Shown here piece after piece: positions 14,560-29,400 of a stretch of 64,000 nt of DNA. Origin of the DNA: Balanoglossus misakiensis (taxonomy: Eukaryota; Animalia; Hemichordata); the NCBI GenBank assembly GCA_040954595.2, contig CM082577.2, positions 8,829,846 to 8,893,845 on the forward strand, given 5' to 3'. The notes beneath the pieces are model-generated. The model searched no databases, had not been told where the DNA came from, and saw only the letters and a program-made list of their open reading frames with translations. Made by a program: the position numbers and the translations under genes. The number at the start of each line of letters is the position of its first letter. The first letter of the stretch is position 1.

Positions 14560-16339
14560 TTCAATATTGTGTTGGGAGGTTAAGGTTGGCGGAAATGTTC
14601 ACCTAAAATAATATAAAATCATAGATATAGCCAGCTCAAATTCGCAGAGATCCGTTTGGGCCATTTCCAGCACGTCGAATGACTACGTGACTTTCCAGCG
14701 CTCGGGATTGTCAATCCAAAAATTCAACCGTTGTCTGACAGAACATCTAAAAAGATCCCGTTCAACGGCCTCGTTCTGTGTGCGTCATCTCTTCGAGTGG
14801 TAAGCTGGTGGTTAACGAAGATTAAATCATCGACCCACCCAACAATCGCTTCCAAATGAAGTTACTTCACGATTTCATGTACATCGCGAATGACGTCTCC
14901 TTTGCGATGTCATGTCGTGATCATCTCATCCTCGGCGAACAAAGAAAGCCATAATGGAGGTCTTTGAGAACTACAAACCTTGAGGGTGCGTTACATTTCA
15001 ACTGAGAGATGTCCACAGTTACATTCACATCACCGCGCACCGCTGTTTTCATTCGACGATAAAACCGCGCCGATAGTTTGCTTTTTATGGCATTGTTGGC
15101 GTGTTTCCAACGAATTTGCACCAGGTCGTTGACAGAAACCCACTTGACTACATCTGAAAGCCTACTTGAAAGGAACGAAGAAAATACGTCTGGGAAAGTT
15201 ACAAGAACAGGAACTTGATGAAAAGTGGAGTTTTATCAGCCCGTGCGCTTTATTGATTCTTGAGCGCCAAGCGAGACTACTTATCTAAACCATCAAACTG
15301 TTTTTAGTTCTCGCGTGTGTTTGAAAAGAAAGATTTGTGGCTTATCACTCGCGCCAATAATTTGACTATAGGTTGGACACTTTTGGAAATACCGGTAAGA
15401 AAAGGCTGATTAACATAATAGGAAGCCAATCACGGCACAAGCTCTATATCGTCGTCTGCGCTGAGGCGAGCGAGACCTACTTTACAACGCAATACACATT
15501 TACAAGGCTCCGAATTTATTTCAGTCAAGCATTGCGCTGCAGGGGCTCACGGAGTGTCGGAAAGGTGCCACGCGTCTAATATTTTGCAATAAGACATTAA
15601 GAGTCCGGTCGACAACTTGGCAGAACAATCTTCCAACTTCATGACCCACCTTGAATGAAACCTTCAAACTTGTGAGCGATGAAGATGACGTCATTGTTTT
15701 TCTATGGTGAAGTTGGACCTCACAGCTGGCAGGGAATCAGGGCATGAAAGGGTTAACAATAATTGCCAAACAATCCACTAAGTGCAAATTCAATTTCACG
15801 ACTATATCATTCAAAATTGCTCCTATACTGTTGAATATCAAATGGCTCCTAAGGACACCTGGTTTTTAGAATTAATATGCAAATAGCACCAAAAGACCAT
15901 GTTTATCATTTATGCATATCAAATTATACCGTCTCAAAATGTTGGATTTATAACAAGTATGGGAGTAGCATTGATAATCCTGTCATTATTGTCAGCGCAG
16001 CCGAATAGAATTGTAATCATGGGGGTGTCGTTGGACAAATAAATTCAAAGTGTGATATTGTCAATAATTATGTCTCATGAAACTATTTCCCATTCTTTTG
16101 GGCCTTCTAATTTTACACTCATGCAAACGTAGGAACAGGTTACTGCAAAGACATTGAAGAGATTGTAAGTTAGTTGGTCAGCATATGGGCAGGAGGAACT
16201 AATAATGGCCAGTGTATGGATTCACTGATATACAGAGAACTGTATTTTTCTAACACTATTACAAGGAGCATGATTCACTGATATAGATATATGAAGAAAA
16301 ACACCAAAAACCCCACAAACGACTGTCACACATTGATGC

Positions 16340-16531
16340 TTTAATTATAATACTTGTATGTGTAATATCACAATGAACACAGTTGGATACAGTTTAGCTT
16401 AACAAAATATTCCACAGAAGGGTCTTTCGTCCTGATTGGTGAATATGGTTTGACGTGATGACATGCCCTGCCAGAATGGATTTCATATTACACAAATTTA
16501 TCCGTATTAAAATTGGTGATTAATATTTATT
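16340..16531 (-). terminator. Candidate GPS1 polyadenylation signals (AATAAA at 16526-16531, ATTAAA at 16340-16345)
   Basis: Hexamers on the minus strand 0.8-1.0 kb past the stop codon; the site actually used is unknown. Confidence 0.35.
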
Positions 16532-17340
16532 TTCAACTCAGAGAGGAGTTCTTCAGTCAACACGATTGGAACTACTTTATAGTGATAATAAGATCTCGCA
16601 AATTGCCCGAAAATAGTTTACATTTCACTGTTCTACTCAAGTTCTACAATATAACACTGTTGACGTGAAAACCAATGAAGCAATAATGTCATTCAGTTTG
16701 ATGTATCACTTCTCCAGGGAAAGATCTACATTGGATTAAAGATATTGGTGGGCATGGCTTGCATAATAACGACTAATTTGCATAATTCATCACCCTGCGG
16801 ACGCTTTTCACTGAAAAACAAGCTATTTGCAAAAATATCAACGCAGTCTTTTCAATTTCGACAATAATTCTGGGTATCTTATAATCTGACACAAGATAGT
16901 TCCAATTGTGTTTGTCTTTTAAACCGCAAAAACATCATTACCTGATGATGACCATTTAAAATTACAACGCTTGAAAAACATAAGCCGTAAAATGCCACAG
17001 TCCATAAGGGAGTTCCATTTTAGAGACAAGAGAAACAACTCAATCACTGTCATTCTGACTAGCACTAAACTGAATACACCGTGTTTAAATACAGTGGACA
17101 AATACATTCTTTCATATGGCTGCAACAGCCCATAATGTTTCACTAAAGCACCCCTGGAACTGACCTACATTGTAGTTGTATTGAAAGTAATCGCTGATTG
17201 TAAGAGCTAACAGCAACATTCTTAGGGGTTCATGTAATAGTAATACAAACATGTGAAAAACTAGGAATATTTACAAAAAAAAGGAAAAAAGTACAGTGAC
17301 AATTGAGCCAAAAGACATTGGGTATGTTTTTTTTGTTTTG

Positions 17341-17430
17341 CTAAAGTCTTGCTGATCCAGAGGTGGTTGCGGTGGTGGCCACCAGTTGTGGTGACAAAGC
17401 TTCTCCTCCACTAGATTCCCGTTGTGGACT
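17341..17430 (-). CDS. GPS1: GPS1 canonical last coding exon ([29 protein letters not shown])
   Basis: Resembles the human C-terminus SPPREGSQGEL...; TGTTTTCCAG acceptor in phase 0; TAG stop; AT-rich UTR-like sequence follows. Confidence 0.85.
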   Translation of the reverse strand, partial: SPQRESSGGEALSPQLVATTATTSGSARL

Positions 17431-20400
17431 CTGGAAAACAAAGTGCCAAGAAAAAAACACGTTTCACTTCCGGTTGCTTTAATCCATCAAGAGCTTTTGA
17501 GAAAGCATGCGACAATACACAGGTCAGGCTGGGAGCAGTTTATTTCACGACAAACCACTTGCTGCTTGGGGGGAAAGGATGGAAAATACTCAACATAATT
17601 ACATCCAATAATGCAGAATGGGACAAGCTATAAACAAAATACTTGTTCAAGCCAAATTATCAGGCACATGAGGCAAAGATCAACGTCGACATCTGCAATG
17701 AAAGGTCAATGGTGCAGGATTAACGTCTCAGTAGACTTAATAAATGCGCCACACGCATTCTGGACTTTCTAAAAACCACAGTGCTGAGACCATGACACAA
17801 GACGACACATTAAGCGAAAAAAATAAATCAAATTATACAGTTGATTTCAACATGCGAGTCTTTCATCAAAATGGTCACAGTTTTCCGCATGAGGCTTAAT
17901 CTAATTTTTCCCTGACTTTCACTAAGCGCCCGGACTAAGCGTGAGAACCCAAGCCATTTACTGATAGCCACTTTCTCTCTTGGTCTGATAGAATCTCTTT
18001 GGGACTAGGTCATTCCAGGCGTAATCAAACACTGGAAGATTCAAATGATCCAAAAATGAACAGGTATCGCACAGCAATATTTTGGTAAAGGTTCATTATC
18101 ACTAATTGACAAACATCATAGACATACACGCAAGTTAATTTCTCTTACTTCCTTAGATACTTTAAAAAACAACTCCTGGTGGCTTTCGCTCTTGATGATT
18201 CAGACTACGTGTTACACCGAGATGATAAAAGTAGCATTTCGAGTCATGAACTAGCAACGCGTGTGGCTGCCCCAGGGTTGCACCGCATCTTTCCATGATG
18301 AAGGAAAACAGTTATGTGTCGTGTTTTTCGAAAGACATGTGGGTGTATATTTCTTCAGGCTTTATGGGAGTTATGTGTTTACCGTGTAGGTGTGAGGTTT
18401 CGCACCCACACTGTTGACTAAACTGGGGCAGTGACGTTCAATGTCAAAATCCCAGATAAGATGACTCTGCTCTATGCAGGAGACTTACTAATAACACTGA
18501 TCATTTTTTTTAATCATTTTGTTTACAAAAGATTTCTTTGACGTTGTGTTGCAGGTGGGTGGTGGTTTAAAAAGCCCTGGTGTATTGAAAGCCCTGGCAA
18601 TTTTGAAAGCAGTATTTTGGAAAATGACGTTTAATTTTGCAATCGGGAGGAAATGGGGAAAGGTTCTGAAGTATTACTATTAGTCCCTCTCAAAAGTACA
18701 GAGACCGGCCGGTAAGCACAATATGGGGTTAGCATGACCCGTGAGTTAACATTTACACAGATGCAGATAGTGCATCAGCCAATGGTGTGATACTGATCGA
18801 TGCAGTAAACAGATGAACTATTTATGTACGGCAGAATCACAGTATCTTAAGCACGATTGCACTGGCTTTATTAGTAAAATGTCAACTATATGAAATGGAA
18901 AACATCTGTGTCAATATGCATTATAACACACCATGCAGCGAACCCTCGGTCGTGATTCGTCAATATGCCGTCACGTGACCTTAGTCATTTCGAACTGTTC
19001 CCTAGGGCATCAGTTCGATCGGTTTCTGCCCGGTACTGTTGCCCCGTTCATATAATTTCGTGTTTGGTGTGTTATAAAACACATGACGACTGACATATTC
19101 GGGCAACAGTGTATTTTTGATGACCTCGGGACTGCTAGTCACAACTAAAACAGTCTGTTTTCCCTCGGGCTATGCCCTCGGGAAAAAAAGACTGTTTTAG
19201 TTGTGACTAGCAGCGCCCTCGGTCATCAAAATACACTGTTGCCCTCATTGTCAGTCATGTGTCATTGTCAGTCATTGTCATGTGTATAAGTGTCAAATGT
19301 CAAATAAACGGCACGTACATGTATGAATCATTGAGGATCTTTTAGACCTTTGGGTATTATCAGTCTGAAGGATACAGTGCAGATGTTTATTACGATATTT
19401 TTGTCAAACTGTATTTCATATGAAGACTTGTTTAACTGGCAATTAAGTTTTCACCATCAATGATCAAAGCAAGACTTAAGTGAACATTGCTAAATATACA
19501 TTGCTGCCTGCAAAAATATCTAACATTTGATCAACTTCAGAGCAGTGAATTTAAGTTTTGAGGTTCAGCCACAGTAGAATAATCTGTAAAATATATACAG
19601 TGTTGTCTGTGCAAAGATTTGGCATCACGAAAAACTGAACTGAACGAAACATATACATAAACTGACCAATATCCATTTCGTTTTTAATCTTACTGTTCCC
19701 TCTGGCTAGTCAGAGGGAACCTTTAAAAGCTATCACAACTGACAACAATACCCCTACCAGCGTTCAAGTTGATTTCTAGTTCTAAAAGCAGACAACCAAT
19801 ACTTTGGGCAATTTTTGTTTTCGCTGTGTTCTGTATAGCAACTCAATCCTTTTTACTCCCACAGTACCATTGACAAACGTATCTTTACACCACATCAAAC
19901 AGAGTAGCTTGCACTGATATACATTCTAGTATAAGGCTTCAAGGAAAGTAATTTGACAAATGTCGGTTGCCGCAATCTTTACTCTCCCACAGTACCACAG
20001 AAAAAAAAGGTTGCAGGCATATATCGTGCAATTGATACTGTCCCAGAAAGGAAACGATTATCTTTATAATACGGTGTTGAATCAGAACAAAATTTCAACA
20101 CTGACCGTTATTATTCTTCATTCTCCTTGAACGCAATGACGCAACTCAAATTCACATATGGCTTTCCAGAAAAATTGAAATTCTAGTAATAAGCATCTCT
20201 GAATAAGTACACTACTGCAGTAGGTACATGTACATGTAAGTTTTTATGACTTCTGTCATAATACATCTGCAACTGCACATGCTGACCTACATATACATGT
20301 TTCCAAAGAACTCACTCTTCCATAGGTTTCTAGCTTTTGTCCATTAAAAAACACACCTATCGGGGGGCAGTCCCGCTAAGTGTACTATTTCACGACACGT

Positions 20401-23400
20401 ACATTCAGACGCTGAAGGTTTGAAAGTCAATCTGCCTCATTCAGATGGCACGGCAGAACTTGTCCGTCATTTATCCAGCAGTTTAAAGTGGAAAGCAAAT
20501 GAGATTAGGCGTCTGTTGAAAACACACCTAATTTACTCAGTTCCAGCCTACAATGGACCTCGTGTAAACATCTGCCATGTAAGCGTCCGGCAAGAACATG
20601 CTTCCAGCTCCTTGACGTTTTTCCCCCTGTACAGTGATATTAATCACTAACAACAGAAAGTCGTTCCTAATATCACTTTCCAGGGGATTTTCAACGGAAG
20701 CCCATTCAAAAAACGCTACAAACGTCCCTCACTCGCGGAGAGCAGCAATTTGCTCACCAAATGGCTTCTTTTCTTTGATTGCCGTCTTCTCGTCTGACAA
20801 GTCGAGTGGTCAGACACAACATCGGAATAAAGGTGTGCACGCGAAGACGTCACAAGGTGAACTTCAGAGTTCTTGAAAGTCACGTAAACACACACCCAAC
20901 ATGGTTGTATCAGGAGGGGCCATATGCGTCAGCTTCAACATGGGCAGGGTTACCATCATACAGCAATGTAGTGGAGAAGTACTTAACAGCAAGATTTATT
21001 CTTTGAATCTACACCGAGATTTTGCAAGCATTTTCAAATATTTGTCATTTACATGTACACTGAGGTTGGGCAAGCATTTTTGAATATTTGTCACAAAGAA
21101 GGATATTGTCGGTCTAAAAGGAGATGGCATAGGCTTCTCTGGTCAGGCGAGACACACTCCAGCTACCACTGCCAAAGGCAATACCTCCTATAAAAGCTGA
21201 ATTGCATGCTGTCAGTATGTGGTCACGGAAAACCATTTCCACAGAATTAAAATCAGAATGTTGGCTTTGATAACAATACCGCTGTGTCTACTGACACCTG
21301 GGTGTCATTAGCCATCAGGTGTTCCATCTGGATGTTGATGTCCACTTCATTTTCTTTCAAGGACGGTTTACATTTTCCCTAAACGACCATTGAATATCAA
21401 ATCACGACGAATACAAATAACTTGCAAGTTCACTGAAGAGGTTGATTTCAAGTGAGTATTGTGAACTTTCTATGGGTTCTATATTTCCGCATCATCGACC
21501 GACCACTATGTTAACCGTTTTTCATCCTGACCTGCAGTGACATTATTTAGAAGTTTTCACGGGATTAACAATGTAAAAAAAGTGATATTCAACACTCATA
21601 CACAATGTAAATGGGTACCGTTAACTTCGATATGACAGGGAATAATTGAACATACACTGAGTGGGGGTGTCAGTAACCACATACGGCAGCTGTCATGTGA
21701 CACACAGATGTCAATAGCCACTCCATAATAATATTAATGGCACCTTCATGGTCTAACACGCTTCTCAACTGCTACAATGCAACTTCTGCCCTCTACATCC
21801 ATACAAGAACCACAGATAATTTCGCACTAAGTGATGGCTTGCTTTTAGAGCTGCATGATTTTTCCCAGGTGTGATATATGCGTCAGCTGCAAAAGCAACG
21901 TGATCGCTCTTCTTGTTTCATGTCAGATTGTCACTGCTACACTGCAATTGCAAAAAGTCTGCATGCATCGCGAAAAAGACACGCTGGAAAATCCAGTCTG
22001 AGAATCTTCCCGTATGGTTATCGACGTTGCCTTAATAGCAACTCAGAACAAAATTACTGTTATGGGCAAAGGTGATAGTGTTTAGAAATCAAATATATAT
22101 GAAAACCAATTTCACGGTGGACTTGGCATATCGGGTGTTGTCAGGCAACTTTCTTCATGGGTTTATATTGATGTTATGGTGGAAAGCATATGCTTATCCA
22201 AATCCAATCAAGGAATGTTGTTGTCTGCGAGTGTTCCGATGAATGTGTTGCGACCTACGCAGACAAAAAAAAAGTCTCGACAAAATATGTTTCACTTCTG
22301 TCGCAATTTCATCAGTTTGTACAAAATGCTGCACCATCTGGCCTATTAGCAACATGAGAGAACACCAACAGAAAAAAAAGGGGAATTTTTGATTTGCATA
22401 TGTGAGACTTTCACTGTGTACGACGCCAAAACATGTCTGGCCAATTTATTGTCACGTCGCAATTTTGCAGAGTTGTTGCATGCACGCATGATAATTACTA
22501 CAGAAAGAACTGTTCAGTGTTATTGTTCGACCCCAAATTGCGCAATTGAAATGGCACGGTGTTTGTTTCGCAGAGATATTTTTGAGCATACGCGAACTAT
22601 ATGAGAAATGTAAGCAATATGTAGAAAGTTCCGGTTTACATGTTTTGGTTGAGAAGGTATTTGCAGACAACGCACAGAACTTGTTACACATGACAAGTGA
22701 CGAGGCAGCATGCAGCGGTTCTCTGACTACAGAACCCCCCCCCCCCCCCCCCCCCCCCCCGAAGCAATTTCCAGTATTAGCACATACTGAGTGAAACAAT
22801 CGGATTTCAAGTCCGACTAATTAATTGACAAGTCGCGCGAAGAAACCAAGTCTGACACCAAACTTGCGATGTACTTCAAATTTCAACTCAAACGCTAATT
22901 AATTCACACTATATAGATTAGTCCAATCACACATGCGGCACGTAGCAAAAATTCCAAATATGCAGGCAAAAACCTGATCACTCGTGGAACAAGACTGTTT
23001 ATACTTGTACTTCGCAAAAGAAAAAAATAACAAATATACGCAAACAAGGACTCCAGTTAATGTGGCTTGAATGACAAGAATTGAGACAAGACTTAATTAG
23101 ATTGGGAAAGGGGAAACAGGAAGTGACCGATCTCCGGGAATTGGCAAGGTCAGGGTGCCTCTAGTTTACCGATTAGTCTCATCAATATGCGCCTTGACAG
23201 TCACTGCTTTTTCACAAATACGACTGAATGAAATCACAGCGTGATTACAGTTTGGGTGATGAATTAAACAGAAACTTTGCTTCCTAATTATTTTCCTATT
23301 CAATGCGATTAATTTCAATCCAGGACTTGGAAACCTCCGTAACCTGACAGGTCACAAATGTCACCCAGAGACCACAAAATAGTACTTTTATTTAATAACA

Positions 23401-26400
23401 CAAAGCTGAAAAAAATGTGCAATTGCAGCAAGGCCCTTCAATCACAGGTGCATTAATTAAACCCTGGTCTAAAATTTACAATGCTGTGGAATGTTAGGGT
23501 TGTTGAAATCCTTCTATAAATTGACGCTACATGACCGCACAGAAAATGCGAATGCAATGTACGAACACCATGAAAACGTCAAATCTGTTCTCTTCCTATG
23601 TACATTTGTAGGATTTAAGTAAGAATTGCTGGAATACATACTTCTACTGTTGCATTTGAAATTTTCTACACAATAGCTTGTAAAGTTATCAGAAATTACC
23701 TGGTTAATAAAGTGACAGCACAAAATCTGATGCTCAGAAAATAGCATTGATGAGGAATGCTGACTGAGTATTGGTTTTACATTACATACATTGTGTACCA
23801 TTCTAAGCCCTTCGTGATTGGCGGCCATCTTTGAATACAACCTTGATATAAATTTCGCTCATTCAAAATTTTGCATGATTACGGTATTTAGAGAGAGAAT
23901 ATAACCTAAAGTTGCCTCTGAGCAAACTATGAGAAAGATTTAAAGACAGCGATTTTCAAAGCGTACCCTACCTTAAGGGCCAGCAGCAATGTCATGATTG
24001 GAGTTTCTGAATCATTCAAATGTGTCTCTTAACCTCAAGCAAAAAAAACACCCCACCGGTTCTTTAATTATGTATGTGATGGTACATGATCTTCTATAAT
24101 CCACGCTTAAATATGTATGAACTTTAAAATAAAGTGATCATTTCACAGTTTGGCAATGACACTTTTTCACTCTTAAAACTAGGTCAGGATAGCAGGCAAA
24201 GTTTGAAAAGTTATAAAACTTTCAACAAAGTGCTTATGATGAATACACAAATTCCAACCTGATATGCCACCAAAATGGAAATTACATGTATGAATACAAT
24301 GATAAATGCCTTAGTGTCATGACCTAAATGTGGTAAGAATGCAACACTTTTACCCATTTTTTTTTCTTCTTCCGAAGACAAAAATGATCGAGTGAAATGA
24401 ATGTCCCTCTTGGGCAAAAAAAAAGGGCGATGTGGTTCAAGCATTCTGGGTGATGATGACACACTTTGCAATTTGATGACACCAGTTTTGGGTTCAAAAT
24501 CTACCAGATACTCATCTTACATTACATTCTCACTTAAATTAAATGATCGCCATATATCAGATCATGATACTTAATACACCATTACGCTGTGACCTCAGTG
24601 AGTTTAAAAACACTCCATTTTGCTGAATAGCTTTTAATGTTACATTTTTCTCTGAAGTATGCGTAACTAATGAGAACTCGGTGAGGTTCCTCTGACAGAC
24701 TCGCACATCCATGTCAAATGTAAGTCATATCTCACATGATACACATCTGAATGACTTCAGATTGTATCAGTCAGATTTCTGTGAATTAAATATATTTTCC
24801 ATGTTTCATCAAATTAAGAAGTAATTCTGACAATACCTCACTAATTAAAAATGTTCATTAAATATGCAAATTTTAAGTTTATTGATAAGAAACTTCAAGG
24901 TGACATTGGCTCACAAGTATGAACACATAATCTAGGAACTGATTCCAGCAGTAAACCTTGAGTCCCCTCAACTAATTGCACACATGGGGTTAGTTACAGA
25001 GGATTTTAGTTTAGACTAAAAAATCCCTTTCAGATTTTGACAGTAATCTAGATACAGAGCTGGATTTTATGCCAGTCAGATAATCGAACCATGTTCCAAT
25101 AACCTACAATAGGGGATTTTTTTTCTTCAAATTGTGGGCGATGAAATCATGCTATAGCTACTTTGTGAACTTGTTCTTTTGTATGGTCCCACAAGGCACC
25201 CTGTGATATTGTACTGTACCATCCATGGCTTTCAACGAATCTCTTGTACTGGAAAATTCCACAACTAAAAATGTCCAGGATGTTCTAGCAGGTATGTCAG
25301 TCCCGTTACAATAATACAAGGAATGAAGAGGGTTTTCAGGCAAGGTGAACTTCCAGATAGCTATCTTTTAATTTCTCTTTAAAACAGACTGATCTCAAGA
25401 GCTCATAATGTATTTTCACAGTCATCCCCCCCCCCCTGATTGATATCGCCCTGTAAAATCCCCTTCTTAACCTGCGCGCACCAGTGCTTGAACTGGAACT
25501 GACGAGTCTGACAGAACAGATAATGGATCATTTTGTAGCAGTTCACAGGAGACTGTGAACTCTCTCTCGCAAAAGACACAAAGCGTTGAACTTAAGATTC
25601 TTTTTCAAAGGCGCTTAGTTACAGAGCCTCAGGTTATTCAGTGGATCAGTGGTTACCGGTGCCACGAATGTTAATCTTTATCGACGTGTAACGGTGCCTC
25701 TCTCTCCTTGGGATACCCTGCAGTCTCAGTGCTTAAACAGGTGAGGGCAAATTAAGCACACTTGACTGTTCCGACGACAAAGTTGTCACAAATCAGTACC
25801 GATAATCCTAATTACCCACAATATCATTTTCATAACCACCCACTGCCCAAGTGTATATACTGTAAAACACTTTATTTTCGCGAGTTGAAATTTTCGCGAT
25901 ATCGAGAGAGGCCACTGTTTCGCGAGTATTAACTTTCGCGTTCTCTTATTTCACTTACTGCATCGTTATCTGTTAAAAAATTCACGCCTTTTTATTTTCA
26001 CGCTATTTTGGCTCTTGCGTATTTCACGAAAATTTATTGCTCATGAAAATAAAGTGTTTTACAGTACACACCCTTTCGTTTTTTTATCCAGTTAATTTGT
26101 GTTTCTAACACCTATGGCCTGGATAAGCTTCACCCCTCCACGAACTCTCAAGGGTGTAAAAACTGCCCTGTGACCAAGATAATCATGGAGACCACACACA
26201 TTATTGTGTGTATCTGTGAGTTAAAAATGTCATTAGCTGTGACCATGAAACCATCTGTGACTTTTTTTTATATCAATTACTAAAACAATCAGAGAGGTGG
26301 TTGCTTCGCCTCCATGGCAAAGACGTCAAACTGAAAATTTCAAAATAGTATCAGTCGTGTGCTCTATTACGGAAAGAGTGACCTCGAGAAAGTCTGCAAC

Positions 26401-29400
26401 GAACATGTTTTCAATAATCACCCCTATTTTCACTAATTGTGGCAGGGTGAATGTCAAATTACACGGCACACGCGTCATTATGCAAACCACTCAGAAATCC
26501 CAACAGGGATGGATTTTTGTGGAGTAAACATTTCGTGCCCTGTTTGATATACAGTTAGAAAGTAGGGATGAGTTTTCGCTGAATGCACATGAATGCGTAA
26601 AGTCAAATTGTACAGCACTTCATCAAGCCACTTTGAAATCCCATTTGATGGTGTGTGTACGTGTTTGATGTAACCAGCTGATCACGTTATGGACCTGTGC
26701 GGGTGTTAGCTAAAATACATCACCCCTGGTTTTGTACTGAAACATGTCTGACGTCTTGAACAATTCTGCACTAGATCCTCAAGGCCAAGACATGGGCACG
26801 AGGGACAGACAAAAAGTTTGTGTTTACAGTGAATTTCGTCTACTGCAGAACTTTGTCATACTTGAACACCTTGTTCAGTCCCTCTCCACATCACAGGGAA
26901 CAATAAATTTCTGCTCCCTCACTTGCTCATATTAAGCAAGAAGCAGGTCTGTATCTTAAACAGATGAGGAAATATCGCAAAAGTAGGTCAGAGGTCACCA
27001 AAAATTTCTGGCCACATAGTGACCTATAATAATGACTATTACGGTCTCCATCTATTATGGAAGGTGAGATATTGGAAAGAAGAGCAATGGTCAACCCCCA
27101 ACCTTGACCCATGAAGAGTGCAAAAATCGGCTCAGGTGGGACTGGGTGATGTCTGCATAACTGAAAAGTTACATCTGCATTACGAGAGAGACACACATTT
27201 ATCTCACTTTGGCGTAATGTTATGTGCAGTCTCACCCCGTCAAAGTAACTCTTATTTACTACGAACAGTGCATAAAAAAGGGGCCAGGTTCTGCGATCCT
27301 AGCTGTAGTTTTATTCATAGACTGAGATGGGATTGTTGCACTTTACTTTTACTTTGTAGGAAGATTGGCGACAGTGAGAGACCAGTCCAATATTTCACTG
27401 ACGGTAACGCACAAATACTGATCAGCTGAAAGTACACAAAAGCGTCCGTGCTGGTGCATATATGCATACTGATGTTGTGATATTTCCAAATCTAGCTATA
27501 TTTGTTAATCAAATATTGTCGGGCAGTCACGATCTGAAATGCAGAGCTACAAGGCTGGTTCTTAATTCGGATTCTTGCTTCAGAATACCAATAAAGTGTT
27601 CTTTAGAAACAAGCACCCCAGACGAGCGATCTATTATCGTTTAATTTACCCATTGTCGTTCCATGCCAGCTGGACTCGACTCAGTACCTCAGCGTCAATA
27701 CTATTGATAAGCGATCATTACAAAAAAGTACAGACAGATACTAAATAGCCATAGACATTCCAATATATTATTCGGTTTTCATAAATAAACATTACCCCAC
27801 TACAAGCTGTATCGCAGGATTTTCCTGTGTTCAATATTTTCTCAAGATCTTCATTAAGATATTTATTGAGAAGTTAAAATACACACCTGGCAGGAAATTT
27901 CATATTTATCGCATACTCGGTTATCAGAATGATAATGTCCGTCGTTCGAAGATTTTAGAAACCAAAAACAAAACCTCCTTTTTCATGTTACAGATTAAGC
28001 CCACATATATCAGTCTTTTGAATTGGTGAAGCTTATTATTGCAAGTGGGTTCTTTGTGCGACTGGCGAGTTCCATAAATTGTATCCTACTACAGTCAAAC
28101 CTGTGTTAGTGGCCACCTCTATAAAATAGTGGCCACTTTGTTACACCCCCTGTGCAATTTACATATGGGCCACCTGTCTATAGTATAAAGGCCAGTTTAG
28201 GAAAGTCCCTTGACTGGCCACTATAGACAAGTTTGACTGTACCTTGATGGGGAAAAGATTTAACCACAAAAATCAATTTAGCAGAGAGTGCTGGTCACTT
28301 CTCTTTTTCACACTGCAATATAAAAGTTAGGAAAGTCAGAAACAGTTTTATATATATCATTCCCAATATGGTGGCACTGATCGCATTATGGTCCAGAGTT
28401 TAGTCAGGGACCATTATACAAGCATACACTGATTGGGAAAATAAAATTCTCAACCACATAGCGCAAATGATGAAGTGTTGTACATTGAACAAATGGTTTG
28501 ATGATCAACCAGTTCCAGGAATTTACTCGAGGGGAAGATAATGTCTGGGAAGTGTGGGAATCAATTTTTCCATCAACAAATACCGAGGGATGCAATCATC
28601 TCCAACCGCGATTCACCGAGTCCGCCACTTATTTTCTCAAGGCCAATGGCCTGCTGTCAGAAGCAGCAGCGGCGAAACAACTTGGGATGATCTTTGAGGA
28701 CTCCAAGACGTCAAAACAAAGTCCTTGAAAGAAAAACTGCAGCTCCTAAACACTGACAGGAGTGGATACAACACGCTGTGCTTCAAACAGCAAGGCGTGG
28801 GGGGAGAGGTGTCATTTCTTGACGCGCATCATATCGGATGTTTTCGTTTTCAGCGAGTTTACTTTAGGACCCGTCCATCAGAAAATTCCACCTTTCAACT
28901 ACTTTTAAGATTTGCTGTAAGTTTTCCCCGAACTGAGCCCCTGCAATCCACGATTGCGTTCTGAGAGAAGACTTGGAAACTTGAGGCGCATGTACATGTG
29001 TGCGCTTTGGAAATCGTCGTTTTTCATGCTTGTTTGCTGAGCTCTACAGTATGAATGGCATTGTTAGCTCCGAAAAACCACACGGCTGCTTGAGGACATC
29101 TCAGCATGAGGCATTCAAGACATGATCACAAAAAATTACAGAGCTCTCCATGTCACGCTGTGAATATAGACAAATTGTTCTTTTCGATCCGAACAAAACT
29201 AAAGCATAAGTTTAATGCTACGCATGAGTGTATGTACTTTCTTCTTCAGACTGCAAAAAAACTTAAGCTCGGTAATTGCTTTTTACGACCGCACAATGCC
29301 CCTCGCACAATCTCCAATTCAGGATCTGCAGATTTAATAACGGTAAATATCAGTATATGAAATGCTGCCGAGATATAATACCGTTGTGAGGGTCCAATCA

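Noticed and set aside
22452-22799. ORFs with poly-Gly or poly-Pro runs
   Set aside because: They come from a poly-C homopolymer (~22735-22759); no homology or splice support.
28498-28964. Two abutting plus-strand ORFs as a nested gene in the large GPS1 intron
   Set aside because: No recognisable domain and no convincing splice structure.
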